Under the pieces are notes generated by a model. It did not search any database. It was given only the letters and a program-made list of their open reading frames with translations, and had not been told where the DNA came from. The position numbers were made by a program, and so were the translations under genes. Of a stretch of 57,226 bases of DNA, positions 38,819-48,074 are shown piece after piece; the stretch's first letter is position 1; every line of letters starts with the position of its first letter. The DNA lies in assembly GCA_016181265.1 (NCBI GenBank), contig JACOZP010000009.1, forward strand, positions 1 through 57,226, given 5' to 3'. Origin of the DNA: Candidatus Woesearchaeota archaeon (GTDB lineage: Archaea > Nanobdellota > Nanobdellia > Woesearchaeales > GW2011-AR9).

Positions 38819-39847
38819 ATGATGTACCGTATCAAACAGATCCCTGAAGACTTCGTTGTCAAAGAGAAGAGTATCATTACGCCTGAAACACAGGGCAGAT
38901 ACTGCTACGTTCTTCTGCGAAAAACACAGCGCAATACTCTTGATGTCATCAAAGAAATAAGCCGGCAATTACACCTCAAAGAAAAACAGATCGGTTTCGC
39001 CGGTACAAAAGACAAGCATGGTATTACCGAGCAAGTGATTTCGCTCTTCGCTGTATCCCCCACACGGATTACTGCTCTTCACCTAGAAAACGTCGTATTA
39101 ACTATCCTCGGGTTCGGACATAAACCTATTTCTCTCGGTGATTTAGAAAGCAATTATTTTAAGATAGTTGTACGCAATCTGGAGCCCGAAAGTGCGGCAG
39201 ACACTCTGCCTCTATCTCCTTACTTAGAAAATTATTTCGATGAACAACGTTTCTCTACTGATAACGTCTCCGTAGGGAAAGCTTTGCTAAAGAAGAACTT
39301 CGCTGAAGCCATAGAACTAATGCGCAACGATGTCTGCCTTTCTCATTTGCAAGAGCATCCTCGAGATTATGTCGGAGCTTTAAAAAAAATCCCTCTCCGT
39401 TTATTACGTATGTATATCAACGCATTCCAAAGTTCATTATGGAACCAGACGGCTGCTGAATATCTCCGAAGGAAAGGAAAGGTCTGCAAAAAAGTATCCT
39501 CTTCGCAGGGAGAGTTAGTTTTCGTCAACGAAATGACAACCATTAAAGATATACAACTTCCTCTCGTCGGTTTTGGTGACCTCCTTACTGACGAGCCACT
39601 CATCCGTGAGATCGTCGATAATCTTTTACGTGAAGAAAACATTTCCCAGACTGATTTTATTATTCGTCAGATCCCTGAATTAACGGTTGAAGGAGAACTA
39701 CGTTCTTTGTTTGTGCCCGTAACAGAGATCGCTCTTGATCAGCTAAACGATGATGAACTCAATGGAGGAAAGAAGAAAATAAGGATTCAATTTACTCTTC
39801 CCAGAGGCAGTTATGCTACTATGGTCATCAAGAAATGGCTCGAGTAG
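38819..39847 (+). CDS. truD: tRNA pseudouridine(13) synthase
   Basis: PEDFVVKE, GFAGTKDKHGITEQ, NYFDEQRFS, AFQS.LWN, FTLPRGSYAT. Confidence 0.95.
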   Translation: MMYRIKQIPEDFVVKEKSIITPETQGRYCYVLLRKTQRNTLDVIKEISRQLHLKEKQIGFAGTKDKHGITEQVISLFAVSPTRITALHLENVVLTILGFGHKPISLGDLESNYFKIVVRNLEPESAADTLPLSPYLENYFDEQRFSTDNVSVGKALLKKNFAEAIELMRNDVCLSHLQEHPRDYVGALKKIPLRLLRMYINAFQSSLWNQTAAEYLRRKGKVCKKVSSSQGELVFVNEMTTIKDIQLPLVGFGDLLTDEPLIREIVDNLLREENISQTDFIIRQIPELTVEGELRSLFVPVTEIALDQLNDDELNGGKKKIRIQFTLPRGSYATMVIKKWLE

Positions 39848-39885
39848 AGCAAATATTTTTATACCAACACTTCTCCTCTCTCCTC

Positions 39886-40530
39886 GTGATAGATAAATTA
39901 GGTCCCAAAGAAATTGCCCTTTTTCGGAAATTAGATACCCCTCAGAAGATTCAGGATTTTCTAGACAATATTCCCGTCAATTTCGAGCCGGAAGGAGATA
40001 CCTGTCTCTCTCCACGCATGGTACTGAAACAAAATCGCGCCCATTGTATTGAAGGAGCGCTTCTTGCCGCGCTCATCCTTCGGTTTCATGGGCATACTCC
40101 TCTCTTAGTTGATTTAGAGACGACCCGGGATGATTTTGATCACGTCCTTGCCATCTTCAAACAGCACGGACATTGGGGGGCGATCTCTAAAACGAACCAC
40201 GCCGTTCTTCGCTATCGCGAACCGGTTTATCGTTCTCTTCGAGAATTAGTCATGTCTTTTTTCCATGAATATTTCAAAAATGATACTGGTGAAAAGACAC
40301 TTCGTCGGTTCTCAAAACCAATCAATTTAAAAATCTTTGATGATCACGGTTGGATGACATCCGAAGAAGAGGTATGGTATATCGCTGAACATCTAGCGCA
40401 AGTACCGCATGTTGAACTCTTGTCTCAGAAACAGATCAAAGCATTGCGTCCAGCGACCAACGTCGAGCGCAGATTGGGAAGTATTGTCGAATGGGAGAAA
40501 AATGGAAAACTTAGTTGTCAAAAACACTGA
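39886..40530 (+). CDS. Transglutaminase-like (Cys-His) protein
   Basis: AHCIEGALLAA, DHVLA, WGAISKTN, LRYREPVY; GTG start chosen from TATA position (ORF open from 39835). Confidence 0.6.
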   Translation: MIDKLGPKEIALFRKLDTPQKIQDFLDNIPVNFEPEGDTCLSPRMVLKQNRAHCIEGALLAALILRFHGHTPLLVDLETTRDDFDHVLAIFKQHGHWGAISKTNHAVLRYREPVYRSLRELVMSFFHEYFKNDTGEKTLRRFSKPINLKIFDDHGWMTSEEEVWYIAEHLAQVPHVELLSQKQIKALRPATNVERRLGSIVEWEKNGKLSCQKH

Positions 40531-40936
40531 CTACGGTGCGGGGAAAGGTGTATATGCTTCGCGTGAGTTCAAAAAAAAGGCAGAAGTCTTTATCTTCAGC
40601 GAACAGATCTTTCCTTGGGCGAAAGTGACCCACCGCGCCATCCAATTAGGTCGAAACCGTTGGTTAGAACCCGTCAAAGAAAGCTTTGGCCATTATCTTA
40701 ACCATTCCTGCTCACCATCTTGTGCCTTCCAATTGCCCAATAAGATTGTTGCCTTGCGTCAGATAGGGGAAAGAGAAGAGATCACCATTGATTATTCAAC
40801 GGTTGTCCATACGCCGAAGTGGGAGATGGATTGTCTCTGCCAGAGTTCGCACTGCCGAAAGATCGTCAAAAGTTTTCCCAATATGCCCGCTGAATTTCAA
40901 GAGAAGTATAGAGACTTGAATTCGTGGGAGAAATAG
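40502..40936 (+). CDS. SET-domain protein with post-SET cysteines
   Basis: GKGVYA, YLNHSCSP, EEITIDY, CLCQSSHCR. Confidence 0.9.
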   Translation: MENLVVKNTDYGAGKGVYASREFKKKAEVFIFSEQIFPWAKVTHRAIQLGRNRWLEPVKESFGHYLNHSCSPSCAFQLPNKIVALRQIGEREEITIDYSTVVHTPKWEMDCLCQSSHCRKIVKSFPNMPAEFQEKYRDLNSWEK

Positions 40937-40959
40937 GATCAATATTCAAAAAAGGAATG

Positions 40960-41547
40960 TTATCTTTTAACTTTAAACATCTTTCCATGTCCGGGAATAA
41001 TATAATCGGCCCATTCTATTAATTTTCTTCGACTCTCAATCAATGTTTCCATGTTCATTCCTTTTGCTTGGGAATGGTCTTTTTGTTTTACATCAAATAT
41101 CTGTTCCTCCCCTTCCATCCACCAAATAACATCGCCGGCAATTGCTATTTTTCCAGTTGAAGAATTGATCAGAAGCGAAAGATGCTCAAGCACATGTCCT
41201 GGAGTTTCAATAATTTCGATGTCTTTTCCTAATTCGTGCTTGTCAAATTCAAGCAGGAGATCTTTATCATACATCAGATTAGTATCGAAGGTGATAAATT
41301 TCGCTTTTTCAAAGATGCCTGCGAGTAAGATATGGTCAGGATGACAATGAGATAAGAAAACATAATCAATATCCCCTACTTGTAATTTCTCTTTTTCCAA
41401 TGCTTCTAATAGATTTTTACGATTACAGCCGGGGTCTGTAATTATTCTTTTATCTTTTGTAGTAATCAAGCAAGTAGTAGAACTCGCTGTCCATCCGTTC
41501 TTAATTTTCTTTGCATAACCTTCAATCAGTACTTTGACTTTAGTCAT
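40960..41547 (-). CDS. MBL-fold metallo-hydrolase
   Basis: DPG, SHCHPDH, TPGH, AGD, IPGHG. Confidence 0.9.
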   Translation of the reverse strand: MTKVKVLIEGYAKKIKNGWTASSTTCLITTKDKRIITDPGCNRKNLLEALEKEKLQVGDIDYVFLSHCHPDHILLAGIFEKAKFITFDTNLMYDKDLLLEFDKHELGKDIEIIETPGHVLEHLSLLINSSTGKIAIAGDVIWWMEGEEQIFDVKQKDHSQAKGMNMETLIESRRKLIEWADYIIPGHGKMFKVKR

Positions 41548-41941
41548 AAATATTCCCCCTTGCAATATAATCAAAGAGAATTTCATAAATGCAGCTTTCA
41601 ACTGCCGTTCTAACTTCTCTTCCGGTTAATGAAATCCCTCTGTTTTCTTTAAGTGCGCGTACTTGATCATGGCTATTCCCAGTGGGGGTTAGAATAACAG
41701 TTTCGACAAGTGTTCTTTCTCTCTTTTTCAAATCGTTTGTGGGAACAAGATAAACAGAAACCATCGGCGGACAGAAGCCGTTGTAAAAACCAAGACCATT
41801 ACGAAGAACTAGCCGTACGTTTTGATCAGGTAGAAGATCGCTTAGGCTTTCTGGAACGGGAACATATTGGCTTTTCAAGTAATTCTCGTTTGCACCTTCT
41901 ACTTTAAATCCTGATTTTTGTCTTCGAGCAAGGTATACCAT
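41540..41941 (-). CDS. Hypothetical protein
   Basis: Open frame between tRNA-Arg and the MBL gene; stop overlaps the MBL start; upstream extension into the tRNA rejected. Confidence 0.4.
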   Translation of the reverse strand: MVYLARRQKSGFKVEGANENYLKSQYVPVPESLSDLLPDQNVRLVLRNGLGFYNGFCPPMVSVYLVPTNDLKKRERTLVETVILTPTGNSHDQVRALKENRGISLTGREVRTAVESCIYEILFDYIARGNIYD

Positions 41942-41969
41942 TTTTTGTCCGATTGATATTAAAATAAAA

Positions 41970-42079
41970 TGAGCCTGCCCGGATTCGAACCGGGGTCCTA
42001 TGGTCTCTTCTGCGTAAGCAGCCGAAGCCACATGTCCTATATGCCTTATCCTAAGATATCCAGGCTAGACTACAGGCCC
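41970..42079 (-). tRNA. tRNA-Arg(TCG) with two introns (D-loop 42041-42059; canonical 42005-42021)
   Basis: Acceptor GGGCCTG/CAGGCTC, anticodon stem TGTGG/CCATA; both inserts form bulge-helix-bulge motifs (GCCT/AGGC and CTTC/GAAG); removal gives a standard cloverleaf. Confidence 0.92.
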
Positions 42080-42152
42080 AATTACTAGTCTCAAAATCCA
42101 TATAGTTTTTAAAGTTAATGTATTTTCTTCATACTACAAAAAGGTGATTTTA

Positions 42153-42677
42153 ATGAATGAAAAGATTCTCATCAATCAATCCGTTGCTATCTTATGTGAC
42201 GGCAATAATATCGAACGCAGTATCCATGAACAAAGTGGAACAAATACGGCGATGGTCAATTTTAACACGATTATTCCTAAGCTACTCAATGGAAGAGGAT
42301 TAAATCGGCTGATCTATTTTCGAGAAGGACAAAACATCTCTTCCAAATTAGCAGAGCGGCTACACGACCAATATTATGGTTCCGTTGTTCCCTGCCATAA
42401 GTCCGCCGATATCCCTCTTTCCATTAAAGCGACACAACTTGCTTCGAAAGTTGATACGATCATCATTATGTCTGGTGATTCAGATTATGTGGAACTCGTC
42501 ACGCACTTGAAATCAGAAGGTGTTCGTGTTGAGATTGCTGCTGTCAAAGAGACAACAGCTAAGATCTTGATTGAGGAAGCAGATTTCTTTCATCCGATCA
42601 CGCGAGAGGATTGGTTTATGTTTACACCACAGCGAGCTGGTGGCCGAGGAAAGAGAGAAAGAACACATCACGAATAA
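42153..42677 (+). CDS. NYN/LabA (DUF88) PIN-like nuclease domain protein
   Basis: ILCDGNN, KSADI, SGDSDY, G.RVE, ADFF. Confidence 0.88.
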   Translation: MNEKILINQSVAILCDGNNIERSIHEQSGTNTAMVNFNTIIPKLLNGRGLNRLIYFREGQNISSKLAERLHDQYYGSVVPCHKSADIPLSIKATQLASKVDTIIIMSGDSDYVELVTHLKSEGVRVEIAAVKETTAKILIEEADFFHPITREDWFMFTPQRAGGRGKRERTHHE

Positions 42678-42679
42678 GC

Positions 42680-42892
42680 TACGTATTTAGTTAGTTGGCC
42701 AAGATGTTCGTCTCGCAGTGGTTCATGAAATGAAACGGGGATTTCATTTCAGCACAGAAAATTGATAGTTTTCAATTTTCTTGTTAGCAAAGCAGAAAGG
42801 ACGGGACGGAAAATAATCTGATCTTATCTTTCTTTTGGAATAAATGATTCCCTACTTATTTTCCGCGAGGCGAACGGCCAACTAAATACGTA
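42680..42892. mobile_element. TA-bounded nested palindromic MITE-like element
   Basis: Termini TACGTATTTAG(TTAG)TTGGCC / GGCCAACTAAATACGTA; inner stems GTTCGTCTCGC/GCGAGGCGAAC and CGGAAAATAA/TTATTTTCCG; twin hairpin shared with 24779-24842. Confidence 0.7.
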
Positions 42893-42936
42893 CAATAAAG
42901 CTAAACCTTTAAATAAGCGCTTTATTTCAATGTTCT

Positions 42937-44277
42937 ATGGTCCTCGAAAAGCTTGGAGACTCGTTAAAAAGTACGTTAAGCAAGATCACTAAGTCGCTGT
43001 TTGTCGATGAGAAACTGATCAACGAGCTTGTCAAAGACATCCAACGAGCATTATTACAATCCGATACCAACGTCCAATTAGTTCTGGAGTTAAGCAAGAG
43101 TATCAAAGAACGAGCAAAAGATAACCCGCCACCAGGCATCACCAAACGCGAACAGCTGGTTAAGATCGTCTACGAAGAATTAACTAATTTCTTAGGGAAA
43201 GAAGCAAAAGACATCACCATCTCTAAGAAACCGACCCAGATCATGTTAGTTGGTCTTTTCGGCTCCGGTAAGACAACTACTGCCGGCAAGTTAGCAAAAT
43301 TCTACAAAAAACGTGGATCTAAAGTAGCCATCATGCAGACAGATACCTGGCGTCCTGCTGCGTATGAACAGCTCGAACAGCTTGCCAAGACCGTAGGCGT
43401 TGATTTCTTGGGCATTAAGAAAAGTAAAGATCCCGTCGCGATTTATCATTCATTTGAAAAACAACTCAAAGAGTATGATGTCGTGATCGTTGACACAGCA
43501 GGACGTGATGCGTTGTCTGACGAGTTGATCAAAGAGTTAAATGAATTAAATAACGCCGTGCATGCTGATGAACGCTTACTTGTCATCTCCGCAGATATTG
43601 GACAAGCGGCACAGAAACAAGCGCAGGCTTTCCACGACACCTGTAAAGTAACTGGTGTGATTGTCACTAAACTTGAAGGCACAGCAAAAGGCGGTGGCGC
43701 GTTATCTGCCTGTTCCGTGACGCAGTCTCCAATTGTCTTCATCGGAGTCGGAGAAAAGATTGATGATTTGGAAGCATTCCATCCGCAGCGCTTCGTCGGA
43801 CGCTTGTTAGGGATGGGAGATATCGAATCGCTTCTTGAGAAAGCGCGTGAAGTCATCACCGAGAAAGATGCCGAAAAGATGCAGGAGAAATTTCTCAAAG
43901 GCGATTTTAATCTCGTCGATCTTTATGACCAGATGAAGTCATTGAAGAAAATGGGTTCGTTTCGTAAGTTGGTAGAGATGATCCCAGGCATGGGTTCATT
44001 ACAGCTGCCCAAAGAGATGCTCGATGTGCAGGAAGGAAAACTAGAAAGCTGGAAGTTTGCCATGGATAGTATGACTAAAGAAGAGTTAGAAAATCCAGAT
44101 CTCCTTGGCGCAGAACGCATTGACCGTATCTCCGCCGGTTCCGGCGTACGCGTGGCGGAAGTGCGTGAGATGATCAAGCAGCACCGCCAAAGCAAGAAGA
44201 TGATGAAGATGTTCAAAGGCGAGAAAGACATGGGCAAGCTGATGAAGCAGATGAAAGGCAAGATGCCGAAAATGTGA
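42937..44277 (+). CDS. srp54: Signal recognition particle protein SRP54
   Basis: GLFGSGKTTT, DTWRPAA, DTAGR, TKLEGTAKGGG, Met-rich M domain. Confidence 0.97.
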   Translation: MVLEKLGDSLKSTLSKITKSLFVDEKLINELVKDIQRALLQSDTNVQLVLELSKSIKERAKDNPPPGITKREQLVKIVYEELTNFLGKEAKDITISKKPTQIMLVGLFGSGKTTTAGKLAKFYKKRGSKVAIMQTDTWRPAAYEQLEQLAKTVGVDFLGIKKSKDPVAIYHSFEKQLKEYDVVIVDTAGRDALSDELIKELNELNNAVHADERLLVISADIGQAAQKQAQAFHDTCKVTGVIVTKLEGTAKGGGALSACSVTQSPIVFIGVGEKIDDLEAFHPQRFVGRLLGMGDIESLLEKAREVITEKDAEKMQEKFLKGDFNLVDLYDQMKSLKKMGSFRKLVEMIPGMGSLQLPKEMLDVQEGKLESWKFAMDSMTKEELENPDLLGAERIDRISAGSGVRVAEVREMIKQHRQSKKMMKMFKGEKDMGKLMKQMKGKMPKM

Positions 44278-44370
44278 TCTTGAATAGTTTTCTCTCCCTG
44301 GATATTGTTGTAACTTCTAAGTGAGAATTCTCAAGAAAAGTTTATAAAGTGACGAGTGTAAAACTGGTTA

Positions 44371-45483
44371 ATGACCACCGCCAAACTCACCGGACTTGCA
44401 CCCGAATTTGCTAATGTTAACGTTACCATTAGCAGACCGACGCTTCTCGGAAGAAGCCTTCCGGATAGAGACGGAAAAATAAAATTAACGTCTGCAGTAG
44501 ATCATTACTTGCCTCCCGATCTCCGTGGGACAGCCGTTGATTCCATCTTCACCTTTGGTCCTGGAACGGAAGCTACTTCCCGTCATCATGCTTTAATCTA
44601 CCCTGTTGGAGAACGATTTATGCTCACTGATTTGGGCGCAACGAATGGTACTTTTTATTCGTTTATGGATGACCGCCGTAGACTCTTTCGTGGGTCAACC
44701 TATCTCCTTCGAGATAACGACATCATTCATCTCGGCAATCCTCACGGAGGAATCAGGTTTAGGATTGAATATGTTTCCTCTCCTCCACCTCCCAAGCCAG
44801 AATCACTACCCTCTTTCCATCAACGTCTTGATCAGCTGGCCTACGAAGCAACCCAAAATTATGCTCTTCTTGTAGGAAGTCAAGGGAATCTTAAGGGGGT
44901 TGAAAATGATACTGCTGCGGTAAAAAGGACTCTGGAGAGCCGACGTGGTTTCTCGGGAAACATCGAGACATTATTGGGAGAACGAGCGAATTTTAATACT
45001 GTCGTCCATAAACTGGAACAGCTTGAACATCGTGCTACTCCTCAATCACTTACCGTTTTCTATTACTCTGGACATGGGATGGAGGACGGCGGTGATTTAG
45101 ATCTTCACGGCGTCGCTAAGATATCACCTCGCGAATTATATCTTTTCTTAAGAGATATTCCCGGCAGGAAAGTTGTTATTATTGATGCTTGTAATTCCAG
45201 CCATTTTGCTGACAAAGAGATCATCACTCCACAAACATTAGTCCTTGCTGCATCGCGAGAAAATGCATACGAAGGAGATGTTGGAGATGGGAGAAGAATG
45301 GGTTACTTCACTCGCGCACTCCTGCGTCTCATTGATTCCTCTCAAACACGACTTAACCTGAAAGAGCTACAAGAACAACTCGGCGCCGATGTTAAACTCG
45401 CCCGGAAGGGACAAGAACCGCAAGTTGTTGGAGAAACCATTTTCGTTGGAACACAAATGATTAACGTTGAAGAGTTATTGTAG
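44371..45483 (+). CDS. FHA domain-metacaspase (peptidase C14) fusion
   Basis: FHA: LLGR, SRHHA, DLG.TNGT, D.I.LG. Pro-rich linker. Caspase: YALLVG, ND, YYSGHG, IIDACNS, GYFTRAL. Confidence 0.85.
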   Translation: MTTAKLTGLAPEFANVNVTISRPTLLGRSLPDRDGKIKLTSAVDHYLPPDLRGTAVDSIFTFGPGTEATSRHHALIYPVGERFMLTDLGATNGTFYSFMDDRRRLFRGSTYLLRDNDIIHLGNPHGGIRFRIEYVSSPPPPKPESLPSFHQRLDQLAYEATQNYALLVGSQGNLKGVENDTAAVKRTLESRRGFSGNIETLLGERANFNTVVHKLEQLEHRATPQSLTVFYYSGHGMEDGGDLDLHGVAKISPRELYLFLRDIPGRKVVIIDACNSSHFADKEIITPQTLVLAASRENAYEGDVGDGRRMGYFTRALLRLIDSSQTRLNLKELQEQLGADVKLARKGQEPQVVGETIFVGTQMINVEELL

Positions 45484-45600
45484 GGGCCTTTCTTCCCTAA
45501 AACCGCAATTCTTACAATATTTCACCGTATATAAGCCATCTGGAAACTTATGCTGACCTTCATGGAGCTTCCGTTTGCATTCTGGGCAGGTGATGAGCAT
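45475..45600 (-). CDS. 41-aa zinc-ribbon microprotein (not in ORF track)
   Basis: MLITCPECKRKLHEGQHKFPDGLYTVKYCKNCGFREERPLQ with two CxxC pairs. Confidence 0.75.
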   Translation of the reverse strand: MLITCPECKRKLHEGQHKFPDGLYTVKYCKNCGFREERPLQ

Positions 45601-45702
45601 GTATTAAATAAGAGGGTGGGGCTTTTAATACTTTATAATCCTCGAATGGTAAGAACACTTACTGACAAAAGATTTTAATACGAAGAAGATATCTTTTCTT
45701 TT

Positions 45703-47403
45703 ATGTGGCCTTCTCTAGGAGCTCTCTTTGAAAAGAAAGATGTAATTCAAAGAATTGATAAAAAATTAGCCCAAGAGATAGAACTTCTTTTACGTCTCAG
45801 AGACGTATATAAAAAGAAACTAAACTATTTCAATACTCTCCTTCTGGATTATTATACAGATGCGAAGATTAAACAGTTCCAAAAACTTCGATCTACTTTC
45901 CTCCAAAACGATCTGTTCAGTAGGGAAGTCGAAAGTATCGAGGAAGCAGCATTACGCATCGTTGAACAAAATGAAGCTGTATTAGAAAAGCGGTCAATAA
46001 CTGGCGATCAAAAGAAGATACTGCTCGATTTGAAGAGAATATTGGCAAGAGAAGAGAGCCAGAGATTAAAACGAGTTCTCTTCATTCAGAAAAAACTTCT
46101 CGCTAAAAGTTTTGCAGATTTCTTCCCCTTAGTCCAAGAATTCAAGCACAGCTTGGAAGAAGAAGGAAAGATTCTCGGATTGGAATTGGAGACCTTAACT
46201 CAGATTGAAGATCGTCTCGAAACACTCTTTCATCTTAAAGATCCGTATGCCACATTTGATGCCAACAGTATCACTTCAGTATTACGCCAGGCATTATTGC
46301 TTATCGGCATCACCGATTTTAAATTAGAGTCGACCGGATCAACGGCGCGTGGTACTTCCATCACTATCTCCGACCTCGATTTCGTCCTTCTTCTTGAAAA
46401 GAAATGGTTTGATCTTATCATTAATTCAACCTCCTTCGCAGCCCTCCTGAACAAGCACATCCCCGATTTGATTACCTCTTTAGCAGAAATTAACGCCGTC
46501 CTCTTTGAAGAGAAGAGACCACATATCCAAAAAGCAGTAAATCTGCTGGAAGTGGAAGGTAAACTAGTCTTTAGAAACGGGAAAAAAGCGGTGATCCATC
46601 TTGAATTGATAGATGATTTAGAGGGCTACGAGCAACTCTTGTCATTTCGTGGTGAGCACGAAGAATGGTTTAGTGTTATCAGCAAGAAGAGAAAAGCGCA
46701 ATTTGTAACTGAAGTCAAAACGTTGAAAGAATATCTCCTTGCTGTTAATCTCTATTCCTCAACAAGAAAAGCGATCACCGGGATATCAATTGAAATAATT
46801 CTACGTCGTTATCGCTTGAAACGCTTTCTAAGTATGGTGATTTCAGAATGTCTTCCTTGGACGGACAATTCTCCTGAGAAATTTAGAATTCTTCTTCATG
46901 ATGCCGGAATCAGCAAAGGCGAAATCACTCGCTTCTTTGAAAGCGCACTAAAGTTCGCACCTTGGGAGAATGAGAGAATTAAGACGCAGCGTTTTCTTGC
47001 TGCGGCGTGGCGCTATCTCCACGGTGAGAAACCAGGATTCGCTCTCGCTGACTTCCTGAGAATCCATCCTCGTTCATTTTGTTGTAGTGTTATGATCAGT
47101 AGTCCTAAGCATCTCGCTTTGTTCATCCAATTGATGCAGGTCCTCTTTCCCCTGGAAGATATCGTTTTCATTCAAGAAAAGGAACGCAGTGTTCTCTACC
47201 TCTCTTTCCACAACGGCCGTACCGGCACTTACGAATACCCCCATATTGTTCCCATCACTAAAATCGACGAGCTCCTGAGATTGCCAATAAAAGAAATTAA
47301 CTCAGCAATAAAAGGGGAATATCCTCCATCTTGGTCAGTTGAACTCAGAAAATCATACATTATTGCTTTCTATCAAAACGTCAGGAGAAATCTTTACTCG
47401 TAG
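45703..47403 (+). CDS. Coiled-coil N-terminus + diverged class I CCA/OAS-like nucleotidyltransferase
   Basis: TGSTARGTSITISDLDFVL (GS...DxD); later EVKTLK..L....LYS....ITGISIEII resembles the helical domain of archaeal CCA enzymes. Confidence 0.6.
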   Translation: MWPSLGALFEKKDVIQRIDKKLAQEIELLLRLRDVYKKKLNYFNTLLLDYYTDAKIKQFQKLRSTFLQNDLFSREVESIEEAALRIVEQNEAVLEKRSITGDQKKILLDLKRILAREESQRLKRVLFIQKKLLAKSFADFFPLVQEFKHSLEEEGKILGLELETLTQIEDRLETLFHLKDPYATFDANSITSVLRQALLLIGITDFKLESTGSTARGTSITISDLDFVLLLEKKWFDLIINSTSFAALLNKHIPDLITSLAEINAVLFEEKRPHIQKAVNLLEVEGKLVFRNGKKAVIHLELIDDLEGYEQLLSFRGEHEEWFSVISKKRKAQFVTEVKTLKEYLLAVNLYSSTRKAITGISIEIILRRYRLKRFLSMVISECLPWTDNSPEKFRILLHDAGISKGEITRFFESALKFAPWENERIKTQRFLAAAWRYLHGEKPGFALADFLRIHPRSFCCSVMISSPKHLALFIQLMQVLFPLEDIVFIQEKERSVLYLSFHNGRTGTYEYPHIVPITKIDELLRLPIKEINSAIKGEYPPSWSVELRKSYIIAFYQNVRRNLYS

Positions 47404-48009
47404 TTTGGTTTTGCCGATGGAAGAATGATACGGTAGATGAAAATGACCGTGATAGACGCGTGATGGTTGCGTCTCTCTGATAAAATCAGTAAGGACAGAC
47501 GAGCCTTTTCGACGCTCAGGATTATACGGGCCGTCGTGTAGCAAGAGAACATCGAATCCTGCAACGGTAAGCGCGTCCAATTCACCAATTGTGAAATGTC
47601 GGCGACGTTGTAATGTTGGTCGTGCCTCATAAAAATAACGAGGAGAAAAGTTTCCTCCTAACGCCCCGAAACGAATGCCATCCAGCTCGATGATTGATCC
47701 GTTAGGAACGTAACGAAGGTTAGGCACAATCAAGCCCCCTTTTGCTTTAACCGAGTCAAGGTATTCGAAATCCTCATGATTTCCTTTAATGACCCATGTT
47801 GGAATTGGAACTGGTTTACCACCTTGTAGATATGGTAAAAACTCCTGGCACGCACCATGACGACGAGTTGCGGCATCGACCTGTGAGGGGTCGGGAAAAA
47901 TGCCCGTATCTCCTACCTGCAAAATCACATCAGCACCAAGATCAGCAGCTTTCGCAAAGAGAATGTCAAAATGACCGTGAACATCGCCCGCAATTGCAAT
48001 CTTTACCAT
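47353..48009 (-). CDS. Calcineurin-like metallophosphoesterase
   Basis: GDVHG, QVGD, GNHED, LLHD, HGHFH; 3' end overlaps the convergent gene by 51 bp. Confidence 0.85.
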   Translation of the reverse strand: MVKIAIAGDVHGHFDILFAKAADLGADVILQVGDTGIFPDPSQVDAATRRHGACQEFLPYLQGGKPVPIPTWVIKGNHEDFEYLDSVKAKGGLIVPNLRYVPNGSIIELDGIRFGALGGNFSPRYFYEARPTLQRRRHFTIGELDALTVAGFDVLLLHDGPYNPERRKGSSVLTDFIRETQPSRVYHGHFHLPYHSSIGKTKLRVKISPDVLIESNNV

Positions 48010-48074
48010 TATCGGCTATCTTAATCTTTTATTTATAAATATTCTTCTTGAAACTACCTGCTTGGGACAAATCA

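Noticed and set aside
41942-42031. N-terminal extension of ORF 41540-42031
   Set aside because: It runs through tRNA-Arg
47353-47403. Functional antisense overlap between the NTase and phosphoesterase genes
   Set aside because: More simply a lost stop codon or short 3' truncation of the phosphoesterase; all its catalytic motifs lie upstream
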